Below, one piece after another: positions 12,101 to 23,389 of a DNA stretch of 64,000 bases. The translations under genes and the position numbers were made by a program. The notes beneath the pieces are model-generated. The model was given only the letters and a program-made list of their open reading frames with translations, made no database searches and was not told where the DNA came from. The number at the start of each line of letters is the position of its first letter. Within the stretch, counting starts at the first letter, position 1. Source of the stretch: Phaeosaccion multiseriatum. Taxonomy: Eukaryota > Protista > Ochrophyta, other classes. The DNA lies in NCBI GenBank assembly GCA_965112735.1, contig OZ218960.1, forward strand, positions 1-64,000, in the 5' to 3' direction.

Positions 12101-14622
12101 ACCTGGCCAAACTGCAATTCAAACTGCAGTACCCGTGGGAGACAATGATGCAAATGGTGGAGCGGTTCACGCGGACATATAAGCGCAAGCGGAAGGTGGT
12201 GGGCGCGTTGGCCAGTCATCTAGATACCATGATCGAGCTGCCATGGAAGCAAGTCAGTCAGGTGTCGCGTGACTACTTTTCGATGTGCACACCAGCGGAG
12301 GCTCAGCAAACGGGTGCCGTGGCCGCTCAGGCGTGGGCTGCATGGGAGGCCGAGCTTGAGGAGGATGCGTCTCGTCTGCCCTCGGAGATGTGTCCAGCTG
12401 CCGTTGCTGGTGCCGCCGATGGTGAGGAGCTCGTTCCGGAGGAGGGCCGCATCGCCCCCCCTGGGGAGCTGTCAGCTGCGGAGTCGCCGTCGGAGCCTGG
12501 TACGGCAGTCGGCGATCTACTGGCCACGGAAGAAGCAGCGGATGCAGTTAATGAAGCGGAGGATGCAGTGGATTCGGAGGATGCAGTGGATTCAGTTTCT
12601 AAGGAGCCGGTGGAGCAGGAGCCCACCTTGCAGCTCGAGCTTGATGTGCATCGACGAGAGGCAGAGCGACAGTTCGGGTGGTCTCTACCAGGCACGGTGC
12701 CTGCTGCCGCCGCGCACAGACGAGCGGCTGGAGCTTTGGGTGGCAGTCTGCATGTCGAGGCCGCGTGGTGGGTGCGTGCGCAGCGGGCTGATGCGGAGCT
12801 GGAAGCACTCCGTCGTCGGGTTCAGGCTGGCCCCACGGGCGGCGTGGTGGATGCTGGTGGGGGTGAGTTCTTTGTGGACGAGGACGGGCTCCTGATGCGT
12901 AAGTGGGCTCCTGGGGGCTTTCGGTGGCGGGTGCGGCACACTCGGCTACAAGTGTGTGTGCCCAAGGAGATGCGGCCAGCCTTGCTGCATGCCGCCCACA
13001 CCGATGCCATCGCAGGAGGGCACCAAGGGCCGGGCCGTATGCTGGATGCGCTGCAAGAGCGCGTATGGTGGGAGAAGATGAATGCACACGCGCTGTATTG
13101 GGCCCGCTCTTGTCTGGCGTGTCAGACACGCAAGACTCCTCGCCGGCAGCCAAAGCCTGTGCCTCTGTCGTCCATTTCCAAGGTGGATGGACCTTGGGCG
13201 GTCATGGGCGCTGATGTGGCCGGCCCCTTTCCTATGGGCATGGGCGGTGAGGAGTATCTCTTGGTGTTTCAGGATTGGTTCACGAAGTGGACAGTGGTGG
13301 TGCCTTTGAGGGCACAGGACTATACGGCGGAAGGTATTGCTCGGGCCTTCGTGCGGCATGTCGTCACCACCCTGGGTGTGCCCCGAGTGCTGGTGAGCGA
13401 TCAAGGCTCGCAGTTCACCAGTGCGCTCATGGGCGACGTGATGCGGGTTCTATCGGCGTCGCAAGTGTTCACGACGCCGATGCATCAGCAGGCCAATGGG
13501 CAGGTGGAGCGTTTCATGGCCACGATCAAGGACATGTTGGCGACGACCGTGGAGACACAGATGCAGCAGTGGCCGGATTACGTCGCCGGGCTCACCTATG
13601 CGTACAACTGCCGCTCGCAGGAGAGCACGGGTATGGCGCCATTCTACGCCTTGTTCGGTCGGCACCCCCCGGTGCCTCTACAGGCGATGCTTCCGGCGCT
13701 AGTGGAGGACGGGTCGTTTTCGTCTGCCTCGGCATGGGTTCATGAGCTGCGGGCACGTCTGGCAGCGGCTGCGGCGGTGGTCAATGGGAGGCGCTGCGAC
13801 TACCACGGGAGATAGCAGCTGAAGAACGCCTCACGCCGGTGGCCGACGCCCCTGCGACCCGGAACCAAGGTGATGTTGTATCGTCCTGGTGCCGCCGCCC
13901 AGCAAGAAGGGGAAGAACTCGAAGGGCCCCCGTCAGCGCAACTCAAGGCTCTGCAGGATTCGTGGGATGGTCCTTATACAGTCTTGCCTTGGCCATCACT
14001 GGGGGCCTACTGTGCTCAGCACGGGCGGGTGAGTGAAGAGCACTATCAGGTCATGCAGCGCAGCGCAGTGTATCTGTCTATGAAACGGGTGCGAGGCAAT
14101 GGGGTGGAGCAGCTGCAACGGGCGTACCACAGAGACTTGACGAAGCCGTTCGTCGACGGGGTGAGCGAGCGGCCTTCCGGACTCCCGGAAGGGTTCGCCA
14201 GGTACCATATCCGTTGGTGCTCTCCTCAGTGGGCTACCAGCGCAATGCAGGAGCAGCGTAGCTTAGAGCTGGACGAGGTTAGCGAAGGGAAAGTGCCCAC
14301 GCTGGCGAGGATTGTGAAATTTCGCTGGCGCAAGGCCACCGGGCTGCCACTGCGGCGCGAGTATAACGTGCGGTGGGCGGTGGCGGACGGAGGCACTTTC
14401 CAGACCTGGGAATGGGCAGAGTGGTTGCTGGAGCGGGGACACGCCAAGGCCATAGAGGCATTCGAAAACGCTCTCCCACACACTGCCCTCGACCCAGGAG
14501 TGAATGTCAAAAGAGGGCATAGGTCTAAACGGGAAGGCACGATCCGTCTGCGGCAACATGAGAAGTGGGGCAGCGGGCTGGCGCACGAGACGCAATTCTA
14601 TCGCTCGCATCTCGGCTACTGA
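9161..14622 (+). pseudogene. pol of element 2: RT - RNase H - DEDDy exonuclease - unknown domain - integrase - chromo-like, with two in-frame stops
   Basis: ORFs 9160..10413, 10426..13815 and 13870..14622 are all in one frame, separated by single stops TGA 10411 and TAG 13813 (compatible with CGA>TGA and CAG>TAG). The ATG at 9160 is created by the last A of the element 1 LTR. Confidence 0.88.
11350..11905 (+). other. DEDDy (DnaQ-like; WRN/Mut-7/RNase D type) 3'-5' exonuclease domain within element 2 pol
   Basis: ExoI VVAMDSEW (D 11428, E 11434), SLLQLA, ExoII WSHDQRAL, VDT, GLQDLV..FL...LSK, and ExoIII DWTQRPLSAAQREYAFAD (Y 11857, D 11869). Confidence 0.9.
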
Positions 14623-14660
14623 GGGAGCTGGCGGAAGAGGCGGGGGTGTAGTGAGGGGGA

Positions 14661-14930
14661 TGTTAGAAGTGGTCTAGTTGGGGTCCCTTGGGGACCCAAT
14701 CAGTAGTGTTAGAAGTGGTCTAGTTGGGGTCCCTTGGGGACCCAATCAGTAGTGTACGGCCGAAAAGGGGCCAACGATGGTAAATCAGTAATAAATAAAA
14801 GGAGGCGCAGCCTGCGTGTGGGCTGGCTTCCGGGTGCTTGTCTCAGCTTCTGCTTAGCTTCTGCTTGGCTTCTGCTTTCTGCTTGGCTTTAGCTTGGCTT
14901 TCAGTCTAGCTGTCGGTAGTTTCGACAGGT
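14661..14930 (+). repeat. Putative 3' LTR of element 2, starting with a 46-bp tandem duplication
   Basis: GAGGGGGA then TGTTAGAAG; the 46-bp unit occurs at 14661 and 14707; AATAAA at ~14793. An alternative start is 14647, and the end is uncertain. Confidence 0.5.
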
Positions 14931-14937
14931 TCTCAAG

Positions 14938-15076
14938 TGGTTCTCGAGTCCTGAGGCCTCGGACGAAGTGGTTCTCCACTGGTTCTCGAGTCCTGAGGCC
15001 TCGGACGAAGTGGTTCTCCACTGGTTCTCGAGTCCTGAGGCCTCGGACGAAGTGGTTCTCCACTGGTTCTCGAGTC
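14938..15076. repeat. 42-bp tandem repeat, ~3.3 copies
   Basis: TGGTTCTCGAGTCCTGAGGCCTCGGACGAAGTGGTTCTCCAC starts at 14938, 14980, 15022, with a partial copy at 15064. Confidence 0.9.
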
Positions 15077-15327
15077 TGTAAAACGACGTACGCACGACCG
15101 ACATGCGCTGTCGCCTCCAGACAGGATGGAACTAGACACACGGACAAGGTAACAGCAACCCCAAAGCCAGCCTAGCAGCCAGCCTTGCCTCTATTACTTA
15201 TTGCATGCTAGTCCTAAACGACCACCTTCGCACATAGGATAGTGCGAGCCACGCCACCCGTTCTCACCGCATCTGCCTGGGCCTGGGCCATTGACTTATG
15301 GCCCATCTCATCTGAGGCCTTCCAACA
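15077..15327 (-). mobile_element. LTR copy of the 251-bp LTR family (3' LTR of a truncated minus-strand element)
   Basis: Near-identical to 17949-18199 and shares about 60 bp of adjoining internal sequence. Degraded E/Q-rich coiled-coil reading frames follow at ~15370-16050. Confidence 0.8.
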
Positions 15328-16718
15328 TCCCCAATGCCTATCCCGGGGCCTTCCAACATCCCCCAATAGCTATCCGCCACTTCCAACATGAAGCTCCTCC
15401 CACTCAGCGGAGCTTCCCTTGCCTTCCTCCCCCACATCCTGCTGTAGAGAGGCCTGCAACTCCGTCTCTCGCTGAAGGCGTTTCTGCTGCACCACCTGCG
15501 GAGACAACTGCAGTGTTGACTCCTCCTTCCCCAACCGCAGCTGTTGCTCAAGCTTCACCTCTTGCAATTGTCTAGCTAACACGCTCCTCCACCTCCTTAT
15601 GCAGCTGCCTTTCTTTCTCCTGCATGTCTCTCTGATGCAGTCGCCACTCACGTTTACACTTCACATCTTCCAGCAATCTACTCTTTGTCTCTTGCTGTTC
15701 ATTCTCGTGTAGTCGCTGTTGGGCGAGTGTTCTTCTCTTGCTCCGTACTGAGCCGCTGCGCCTTCTCCTCTTCCTCCAGCTGCAACTGCTGTTTGACCTT
15801 CTCCTCTTTCTCATGCAGCAGCTGCTTCCCCCCTCCTCCTCCTCCTCCTCCTCCTCCTCCTCCTCCTCCTCCTCCTCCTCCTCCTCCTCCTCCTCCTCCT
15901 TCACCTTCTCATCCAACTGCAGCTGCTGCTTCACGCACCATCTCTTTCTCCAGTTGCAGCTGCTCTTTTTGCCTCCTCCAGTTTTCCCCCCAGCTGCAGC
16001 TGCTCTTCCTTCACTCTCTCTTCCTCCAATTGCAGTTGCTCCCGCTTCTCCCTAGGCAGCTATGGAAGAGGAGGGAGGCCGCGAAAAGGAGAAGAAGAGA
16101 GGCAGGCGAGGAGGGAAAGGAGAAGGCGAGGCTCCAGAAAAAGGCAGCGCGGGAAAGGGGGATACGGAACTGGTCGGCGCCAGCCGGTTCCTGGCCAAAA
16201 GAAACAAAAGCTTCTTGAAAGTATGTCCGTTTTCTCTCCCCCCCTTTAATTTTAAATCCAACAAGCAAATCTTCGACAGGAAGAATTCGGCGCCAAGAAT
16301 TCTCCCAACTTTCCGCCGTTCCTTGAATTTTCTTGCTTTCTCCTCCCCTCCTCCTCCTCAACATACCTGTCGAGGAGATGAAGCCCTCTCTGTGTCTCCG
16401 CCCACTGTTGCTGGTGGTGGGCTTGTTGGAGATCGGACACCTCATCCCACGCGTGCAAGGCCAGGGTGAGAGCGGCCCCGAGCGGCCATCCTAACTTGGG
16501 AGGACTGCTGGCTTCGTTCCCGTGTCCCCAGCCTGCGTCAGGAGACAGAGTTCCTCCTCTCTCCTCGTCCTGCCGAAGTCCCGAGGCATGCTGGTCCTAT
16601 AGCTCGCCGCATCAGCCATTTCCCCCCGCCCCCCTTCTCTTTTTGTCTTCCCTCTGCCTGTCTTCTCTCTTGCTGCCTCTCTTTGCCGTTGAGCAGTGTT
16701 GGACGATGTCTGCACCGG

Positions 16719-17363
16719 TGTTACGATATAAGGCATCCCAATATGCCTTCAGTATTATCCAAACGCGCGTTTGGATAATACTGAAGGCATATTGGGATGC
16801 CTTATATCGTAACAAAAGGTGGGTTCCTTGAGCCCTACACCTTCGCACCGGGGGGTTGGCGCTACCGACACGTTCGTCCCTAAATACTGTCCCTTTGTTT
16901 ATCCCACCAGTTTTCACGTGCTTTTTTCAACAGGGTACGACCCTCTGGTATCTCCTTGGGAACCCCCCTCGGGAAACATCATATTATTTTTTCCTCTTTC
17001 CTCAGGTAGGCGCGTTTGGATAATACTGAAGGCATATTGGGATGCCTTATATCGTAACAAAAGAGGGGTTCGAGTCCTACCTGAGGAAAGAGGAAAAAAT
17101 AATATGATGTTTCCCGAGGGGGGTTCCCAAGGAGATACCAGAGGGTCGTACCCTGTTGAAAAAAGCACGTGAAAACTGGTGGGATAAACAAAGGGACAGT
17201 ATTTAGGGACGAACGTGTCGGTAGCGCCAACCCCCCGGTGCGAAGGTGTAGGGCTCAAGGAACCCACCTTTTGTTACGATATAAGGCATCCCAATATGCC
17301 TTCAGTATTATCCAAACGTTTGGATAATACTGAAGGCATATTGGGATGCCTTATATCGTAACA
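16719..17363. mobile_element. Non-coding fold-back element, copy 1 (645 bp), TG...CA ends, TSD ACCGG
   Basis: Structure is R(16719-16765), CG, R'(16768-16814), A(16815-17010), CG, R'(17013-17059), short tRNA-like segment, A'(17076-17271), R(17272-17318), R'(17317-17363). ACCGG flanks both sides. Confidence 0.88.
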
Positions 17364-17948
17364 ACCGGCGAGGGCGGGTACGACTCTGGCAACAGTATGT
17401 GTACCTGCGCTTCTCCTGATGAAGTCCCCATCATCTGCGCGGAACAGACTTGCCAGGTAGGTACCCATCCCTCTTTCACCTCGCATCTGAGTCTCCCATC
17501 CCCCCCCCCCACCGGCCGGGGCTGTAGGTACGGCTGGTGCTCTCTCCTGAAGGAGACTGGTGTTAGTCCCATCCATATCCGCAGCTATTTATGGCTGGTG
17601 GCACTGCTGGCCTGGCTGCCTATCTTTGTGTCAAGCAAGTGCTCAAGCAAGAAGTACTTACCCACCAAGCCTTGTCTGGCACCACTGCCTGTTCCCCTCC
17701 GTTGCTCTTCCCCGCACTGCCGCGTTGTTCCTTCCTTCCTTCCTTTCTTCCTTCCCTCCATCTCACTGCTCCCCCCCTGGCGGGACTGGCTGTGTGCCTC
17801 ACATTGCCCTTGACTTGCCGTGGGTCAGGACATACGCTTCGTGGTGAGTGTTGCTTGTCACTGCCTGCTGCCACCCGCCCTGGGAGGAGGATGCGCGGGG
17901 GGGGGAGGGGGGGGGGGAGGACGAGAGGGACGAGAGGGAGGGCACATT

Positions 17949-19485
17949 TGTAAAACGACGTACGCACGACCGACATGCGCTGTCGCCTACAGATAGGATA
18001 GAACTAGACACACGGACAAGGTAACAGCAACCCCAAAGCCAGCCTAGCAGCCAGCCTTGCCTCTATTAACTTATTGCATGCTAGTCCTAAACGACCACCT
18101 TCGCACATAGGATAGTGAGAGCCACGCCACCCGTTCTCACCGCGTCTGCCTGGGCCTGGGCCATTGACTTATGGCCCATCTCATCGAGGCCTTCCAACAT
18201 CCCCAATGCCTATCCCGGGGCCTTCCAACATCCCCAATAGCTATCCGCCACTTTCAACATCCCCTTGACAAGACTGTTGCGTGTCCCCACGCAACACAAG
18301 CGGATTCGCCTACCGAAGCTCGACTGTCGCACAAGCCTCCATGCTGCTTCCAAAAAAAGAAAACGGATGAGCATTATGCAACACTCACCCAGATGTGTGC
18401 GACCGCTCTTCCCACACACACCCCCTGTATTGATGAGAAAGTCCCACGACTCAAACTCACCCACACAGGCTCACGGATGAGAAGATCCCACGACTCAAAC
18501 TCACCCGCGCCATATCTTTCTCCACTCCTACTCGCCACCAGCGTTGCCAAAGCCTCGTTGCGCACCACTAATGCTGACTGCTAAAGTGTTTACTGGTGTG
18601 CCTACAAGGCACCCAGACAGTCCCTAAAGCAGCCTTGCGAGTATCCTTCTCTGTCTCCCGCCAAGCTCCGTGCAACAGCAACAGCCGCGCTGCTGCCACA
18701 CTCGAAAGCCGTGCCCGCTGTAGGGCACCGCTCTCGGCAATTCTCTGTCTCCACTGCCCACCAACCTCCAGCATCCATTTCCGTGCAACAACAACATCCG
18801 TGCTGCTGCCACACTCGAAAGCTGTGCCCGCTGTAGACACCACTCCCGGCAATTCTCTCTCTCCACTGCCCACCAACCTTCAGCATCCATTTCCGTGCAA
18901 CAACAACATCCGTGCTGCTGCCACACTCGAAAGCTGTGCCCGCTGTAGACACCACTCCCGGCAATTCTCTCTCTCCACTGCCCACCAACCTTCAGCATAC
19001 ATTTCCGTGCAACAACAACATCCGTGCTGCTGCCACACTCGAAAGCCGTGCCCGCTGTAAGACACCGCTTCCGGCAATTCTCTCCCTCCACTCCCGCCTC
19101 TCCGTGCAACAACAACTCCGCTGCTGTCGCACGTCGTACGGCACTGCTTATGTGCCGCACTGTGCTCCCCTAACACGCCTCTTCCTTCCCTGCCTAAGCC
19201 TCTTGGCTAAGTGCTGCTTTCGGGCCTTTGGGGTTGTAAAACGACGTACGCACGACCGACATGCGCTGTCGCCTACAGATAGGATAGAACTAGACACACG
19301 GACAAGGTAACAGCAACCCCAAAGCCAGCCTAGCAGCCAGCCTTGCCTCTATTAACTTATTGCATGCTAGTCCTAAACGACCACCTTCGCACATAGGATA
19401 GTGAGAGCCACGCCACCCGTTCTCACCGCGTCTGCCTGGGCCTGGGCCATTGACTTATGGCCCATCTCATCGAGGCCTTCCAACA
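17949..19485 (-). mobile_element. Non-autonomous LTR element (TRIM/LARD-like), 1537 bp
   Basis: Two 251-bp TG...CA direct repeats (17949-18199 and 19235-19485) that appear identical by eye. The TSD CATT is at 17945-17948 and 19486-19489. TGGGGA precedes the 3' LTR on the minus strand. No recognisable coding domain inside. Confidence 0.82.
18668..19130. repeat. ~112-bp tandem repeat, ~4 copies, inside the non-autonomous LTR element
   Basis: Unit start CCGTGCAACA at 18668, 18781, 18893, 19005 and 19102. Confidence 0.9.
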
Positions 19486-22217
19486 CATTGCGTGCCGAAA
19501 TGAGCTCGGCCTCCGCTGCTGTAAGCCCACGCCCCTGCCTTGGCTGGCCTCCGGATGATGGTGTGCTGCCTGCCTGTGCTGTGCTGTGCCCATGCATGCA
19601 CCTCAATCACATGGACTGCTGCCTCTCTGCCTCTCACCCTCCTCCCCTCCGCACCTCGCCTATCTATGCCCACTCGTCGTGAAGGACTGCGCCCTCCAAT
19701 GTACGGGGCCTTCTTCGTGCCAGGTGGGGATGGGCAGTGATGCATATCATGATGTGGGCAGACGTGGGAAGGAACTGCGGTTGCTGGTGCCTCTTGTACT
19801 TTCCGATGCCAGGTTGGGGCTTTGGTGTTGCAAGCGCTCGACTGCCTCCGTCCCCTCCTCTTTGACTTGCCTCCCTCCCTTGTGACTCGAAGCCTTTGTC
19901 TGTGTTCTCCGCTAACTCTTTGTTACTCTCAACACCACACAGCGGAGCGATTTTGCCGGCACTAGCTCTGTTAGCTGTGACGGTGATTTCTCGTGCGCGG
20001 TGAGTCGAGGACGGGTCCATCCTGTCGTCTCGCGGCGTGCCCAATGGCCAGCCAAGTTTATGTCTACCTCTTGCTGCCTGTCCTGCTCGTGCCTCGCTCT
20101 TCTCGGCCGATCCTCCGCCCCCCCCCCCTCATGTACCATGCTTGTTGCTCCCTCCGAGCCAGCCTCTCGCCCTCTTGTAAGAAGGCATCCTTTTGCTAGG
20201 CTGGCAGCTACCCCCGTGAATAAAAAGGATGCCTTCTTACACTGAATGCTGCCTGTCGTCTCTGCTCTTCCCATCCGCCCTGCTGCCTGTCCGTTGTACA
20301 CCACACAGTTTTCCTCGTTCCTCGACACCACGACAGTTCTCTGCGGAGGCAATAATGCCTGTTATGTGAGTCCGAGCAACACAATCCTGAAAGGCAGGCG
20401 CGGAGCAACACCATCCTTAAAGGCGGGCGAGTCTCACGCCTCTCTATGTGTGTTTTCCCTCTGCGTGCTCTCTCTCTTCGGCTCCCACCTTCTTCCTGTC
20501 TACATGGCTGACATGGCTGACACAGATCGCCTCGCTGAGTGGCTCGTCGAGCGCCACCTGCGAACTCGATTCCTGCCGGGTGAGTGTCAGTCAGCACGAC
20601 TTCGCTCTCCCTGTCTCTTGTTGGTCCTCCCACGTGTCTCTTGGGGGTCCTCCCCCCACATGCCGCTGGCCACACCTCCTTTCGTCGTTCGATTATCTAG
20701 CTACTCTCCCCCGGCGCAATACTACCACATCAATCGAAGGCTGTCTGTCTGCTGCTTCCTGCCTACACAAAGCATGTTGTCCAATCTGTCCAATGCCCGG
20801 GACCTAAGTGTGTGACTCTCGCTGGTCTTGCTCGTCTTGACTTGCTGCAGGCTGTGTGCCTAGCCAGGCCTCGCGCCTCGCGTCAACGACCAGAAGCATC
20901 ACTACTAGCCCTAACCCCGCTGCCTCCTCCACCACCTGTTTGTTGCCTCTCGTGGGGCTTGGTTACTTACTTTGGCCCTACTTTCCGCAGTTCCTTTCCG
21001 TTTGTTCTTCTTCTGGGGATCCGGAGTGCACCTCAGAGGTCACATGCATCGACGATGCGTGCATAGTAAGTTCACATTCCGTCCTTCGCTCATTCACTGA
21101 GGGCACTCAGCACTCGTCGAGGCTTCGCATGTCTTTCCCGGCCCGGCCGTAGTAGCTGGTAGCTTTCCGTGACCTTGTTGCTCCATTGCTCTCGCTCGTC
21201 GCTCGTCGCTCGTGATCGCCGCTCGACCCACCTTCCACCTTTGGGCCCTGGCCTGGCCCACCCCCACCCCACCCTATATGCATATGCAGGACGCTACTTT
21301 GTACGCCAAGGCCAAGGCTACGTGCGACATAGGCAGCAATGGCTGCAGTACGCTCGAGGTGGGCTGTGGTGGCGCGAGAGGGGGGGGGCGGGCGAGAGGG
21401 TGTGCTTTGGACCCTCACCCTCACATGTAGGCACACCCTCACCTGTCTGTCTCCTACGCTCTCTGCCACTCTTCGCTCGGCCTTGACAAACAGACCCTAA
21501 GCGCAACATCATGCTGCGAAGGGGCGTCTTGGTAAGTGCTCGCAGGCAGCCAAGTGTGCGCGACGGACCGATGGACTGCTTCATTTTTGTGAAGACAGTA
21601 GCTAGAATAGAGCCGGTAGCAGCAGCCACCTACGGCAGTCCCACTCGCACGTTCTTTCTTCCTCGCCCGCCCCCGCCCCGTACGTTGCTCCATTCATGCA
21701 TTGTGCGCTTTGCCTGCCGTTCCCTCCTTCCCCCTGCACCTCCTTACCTTTCTACATTGCTTGCTTGCTTGCTTGCTTGCAACACCATTAATAGCCCCTC
21801 GTTCATCAACAAGTGTGGAGGTAAGAGCGAGAGGAGGGTGGAGTTTTGCCCCCCCCCGCCCGGGCTCAGACTCCGCATCTGCGGGCGCGGAAAGAGCGGG
21901 GCGTTGACTCCTTCGGGTCGACCCAATCCCTTGTCAATTCGCTGGTCTGGCTGTGGCGACTTGCCCTAGCTTCGATGATTGATTGGACTTGGCTGGGACT
22001 TGCGTTCGTCCCATCTGTCCAGCTGGCCCTTCTTGCTCTGCGTCTGTTGGCTTACCGCTCCTCCTCCCCCTGCGTCCCCCCCCCCCCCTGCTCCCTGTCC
22101 CCCCTCCCCTTTGCCCATTTGTCTTTCTTCCTTGCTTGCTCCCCTCTCTCCCTGCCTCTCTCCTTGGCTGTATGGACAACTCATCGCCCCCCTCCCCCCC
22201 ACCACCCCCCACCACAG

Positions 22218-23389
22218 CCCCCCCTGTCGAGCCCCCCCCTGTCCCGACGTGCCCCGGGCCGGAAACCCTTCTGGCTAACCCGCGCTTCGACCGCTTGCTC
22301 TTCTCTTGGCAAACCTTCGTCAAAGACACCGACACCTCCCTGGTCGGCAGCATCACGGACGGGGGCAACGGGGCCTTGTTCGACATCGAGACGTCTGGCG
22401 AAGAGGATTGGCACATGCAAATCTATCAACAGGTCAGAGTGCCCGTCTCCGGACAATTTTATACGCTGACCTTCGTGATGGTGGCCGAGGCTGGTGAGGG
22501 AGGTGCCGGGCAGGCCTACATCCAGCAGCAAGGAGGCAGCTGGGACGTCTTCGGGAGGACGGAATGCTCCGTGGGTGAACCCGGAGGCTTCGGGTCCACA
22601 ACGGTGTGCATCGTTGAAGCGACGATCGACGATGTGAGCCTGCCAATCAAGTTCGGCTTCGAGCATGACAACGCCAGAGGAGGGGACGGGGGCAGGTTCA
22701 CTCTGACTGGGGCCGCTCTGTGTGTGGAGCCGCCGCGTGACCCCCTGCGCTGCCCCGCTGGCAGCACCAACCTCCTGCCCAACCCCCGCTTCTTACAAGG
22801 CCTGGAATCTTGGCGCACCTATGTTAAAGCCTACGATACCTCCCTCGAGGGGAGTATTACTGCGTTCGTAGACCCGCCGAGAACCGGCTGGGCAGTGTAC
22901 GATGTCCAGACAGCGGCGGAAAAGGCTTGGCACATGCAGTTGTATCAGGTCTTGGTCATCCCCGAGGCCGGCCAGGTGTACACGCTCTCCTTCACCATCT
23001 TGCCCGTGGGGGGACGCCGCAGCAACGACAAGCGAGAGGTGGAAGTGTACATACAGGTGCGTGGGGTGGGTGTCAGGACAGAGGGGGGGAGAGTTGCGAG
23101 TAATCCTGTCCGTAAAGCCTAATACTCTCGAAACACTTGCTTACCTACGTACCTACCCGTCACCGCCCCCTTCCAGCAAGACGAAAAACCCTATGCGCTC
23201 TTGGCCAAGAAGGCTTGCGTGGTTGGTAGCGGGGATTCTGTGACTTGCACCGTGAGCGCGGTGGTAGAGGACATTCTCCTCCCCATCGCATTCGGCGTTA
23301 AGGGCGCGACGGAGGAGGGCGTCTTCCGTGTCACCTCCGCTTCCGTCCGCAGCTGCAGTGTGGAGGCCGCGCAGTCTGGCGGTCGCTAA
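22218..23389 (+). CDS. Protein with two tandem CBM4/9-like (galactose-binding-like) modules; last two exons (22218-23056, 23177-23389), upstream exons unresolved
   Basis: Two repeats of LLxNPRF...SWxTxVK...WHMQxYQ...GQxYTLxF. A GT-AG intron at 23057-23176 restores the second repeat in frame up to TAA. Confidence 0.7.

Larger units (their letters stand above)
9161..14930 (+). mobile_element. Ty3/Gypsy LTR retrotransposon 2 (5' part lost; host of element 1), carrying an extra DEDDy exonuclease domain
   Basis: RT (MDIMSGY, MPQG, FVDD), RNase H (STDAS, ELELLAV, TDHQPL, VPDCLSR), integrase (H-H-C-C, GADVAG, SDQGSQF, VERF), GPY motif and chromo-like C-terminus. A purine tract at ~14622-14660 precedes a TG start. 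The right LTR boundary is not defined. Confidence 0.9.

Noticed and set aside
6071-13815. Programmed readthrough or an alternative genetic code explaining the in-frame stops
   Set aside because: The stops differ (TGA, TGA, TAG), fall within or between pol domains rather than at the gag-pol boundary, and each is one substitution from a plausible sense codon. Host genes here end in TAA, TAG and TGA normally.
14938-15076. Hammerhead ribozyme in the 42-bp repeat (GAGTCC...GGACGAA resembles stem II)
   Set aside because: The catalytic core is missing: no CTGANGA, and GAAG instead of GAAA. R' likewise has CTGAAGG plus a hairpin but no GAAA.
15370-16470. Coiled-coil E/Q-rich gene on the minus strand
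   Set aside because: It is fragmented across frames with no recognisable domain; at most a decayed internal region of the LTR element at 15077.
16740-16800. RR' palindrome with CGCGCG centre as a protelomerase (telRL-type) site
   Set aside because: Only the centre resembles such sites, the centre varies between copies, and no telomere resolvase gene is in the window. Kept only as a mechanistic analogy.
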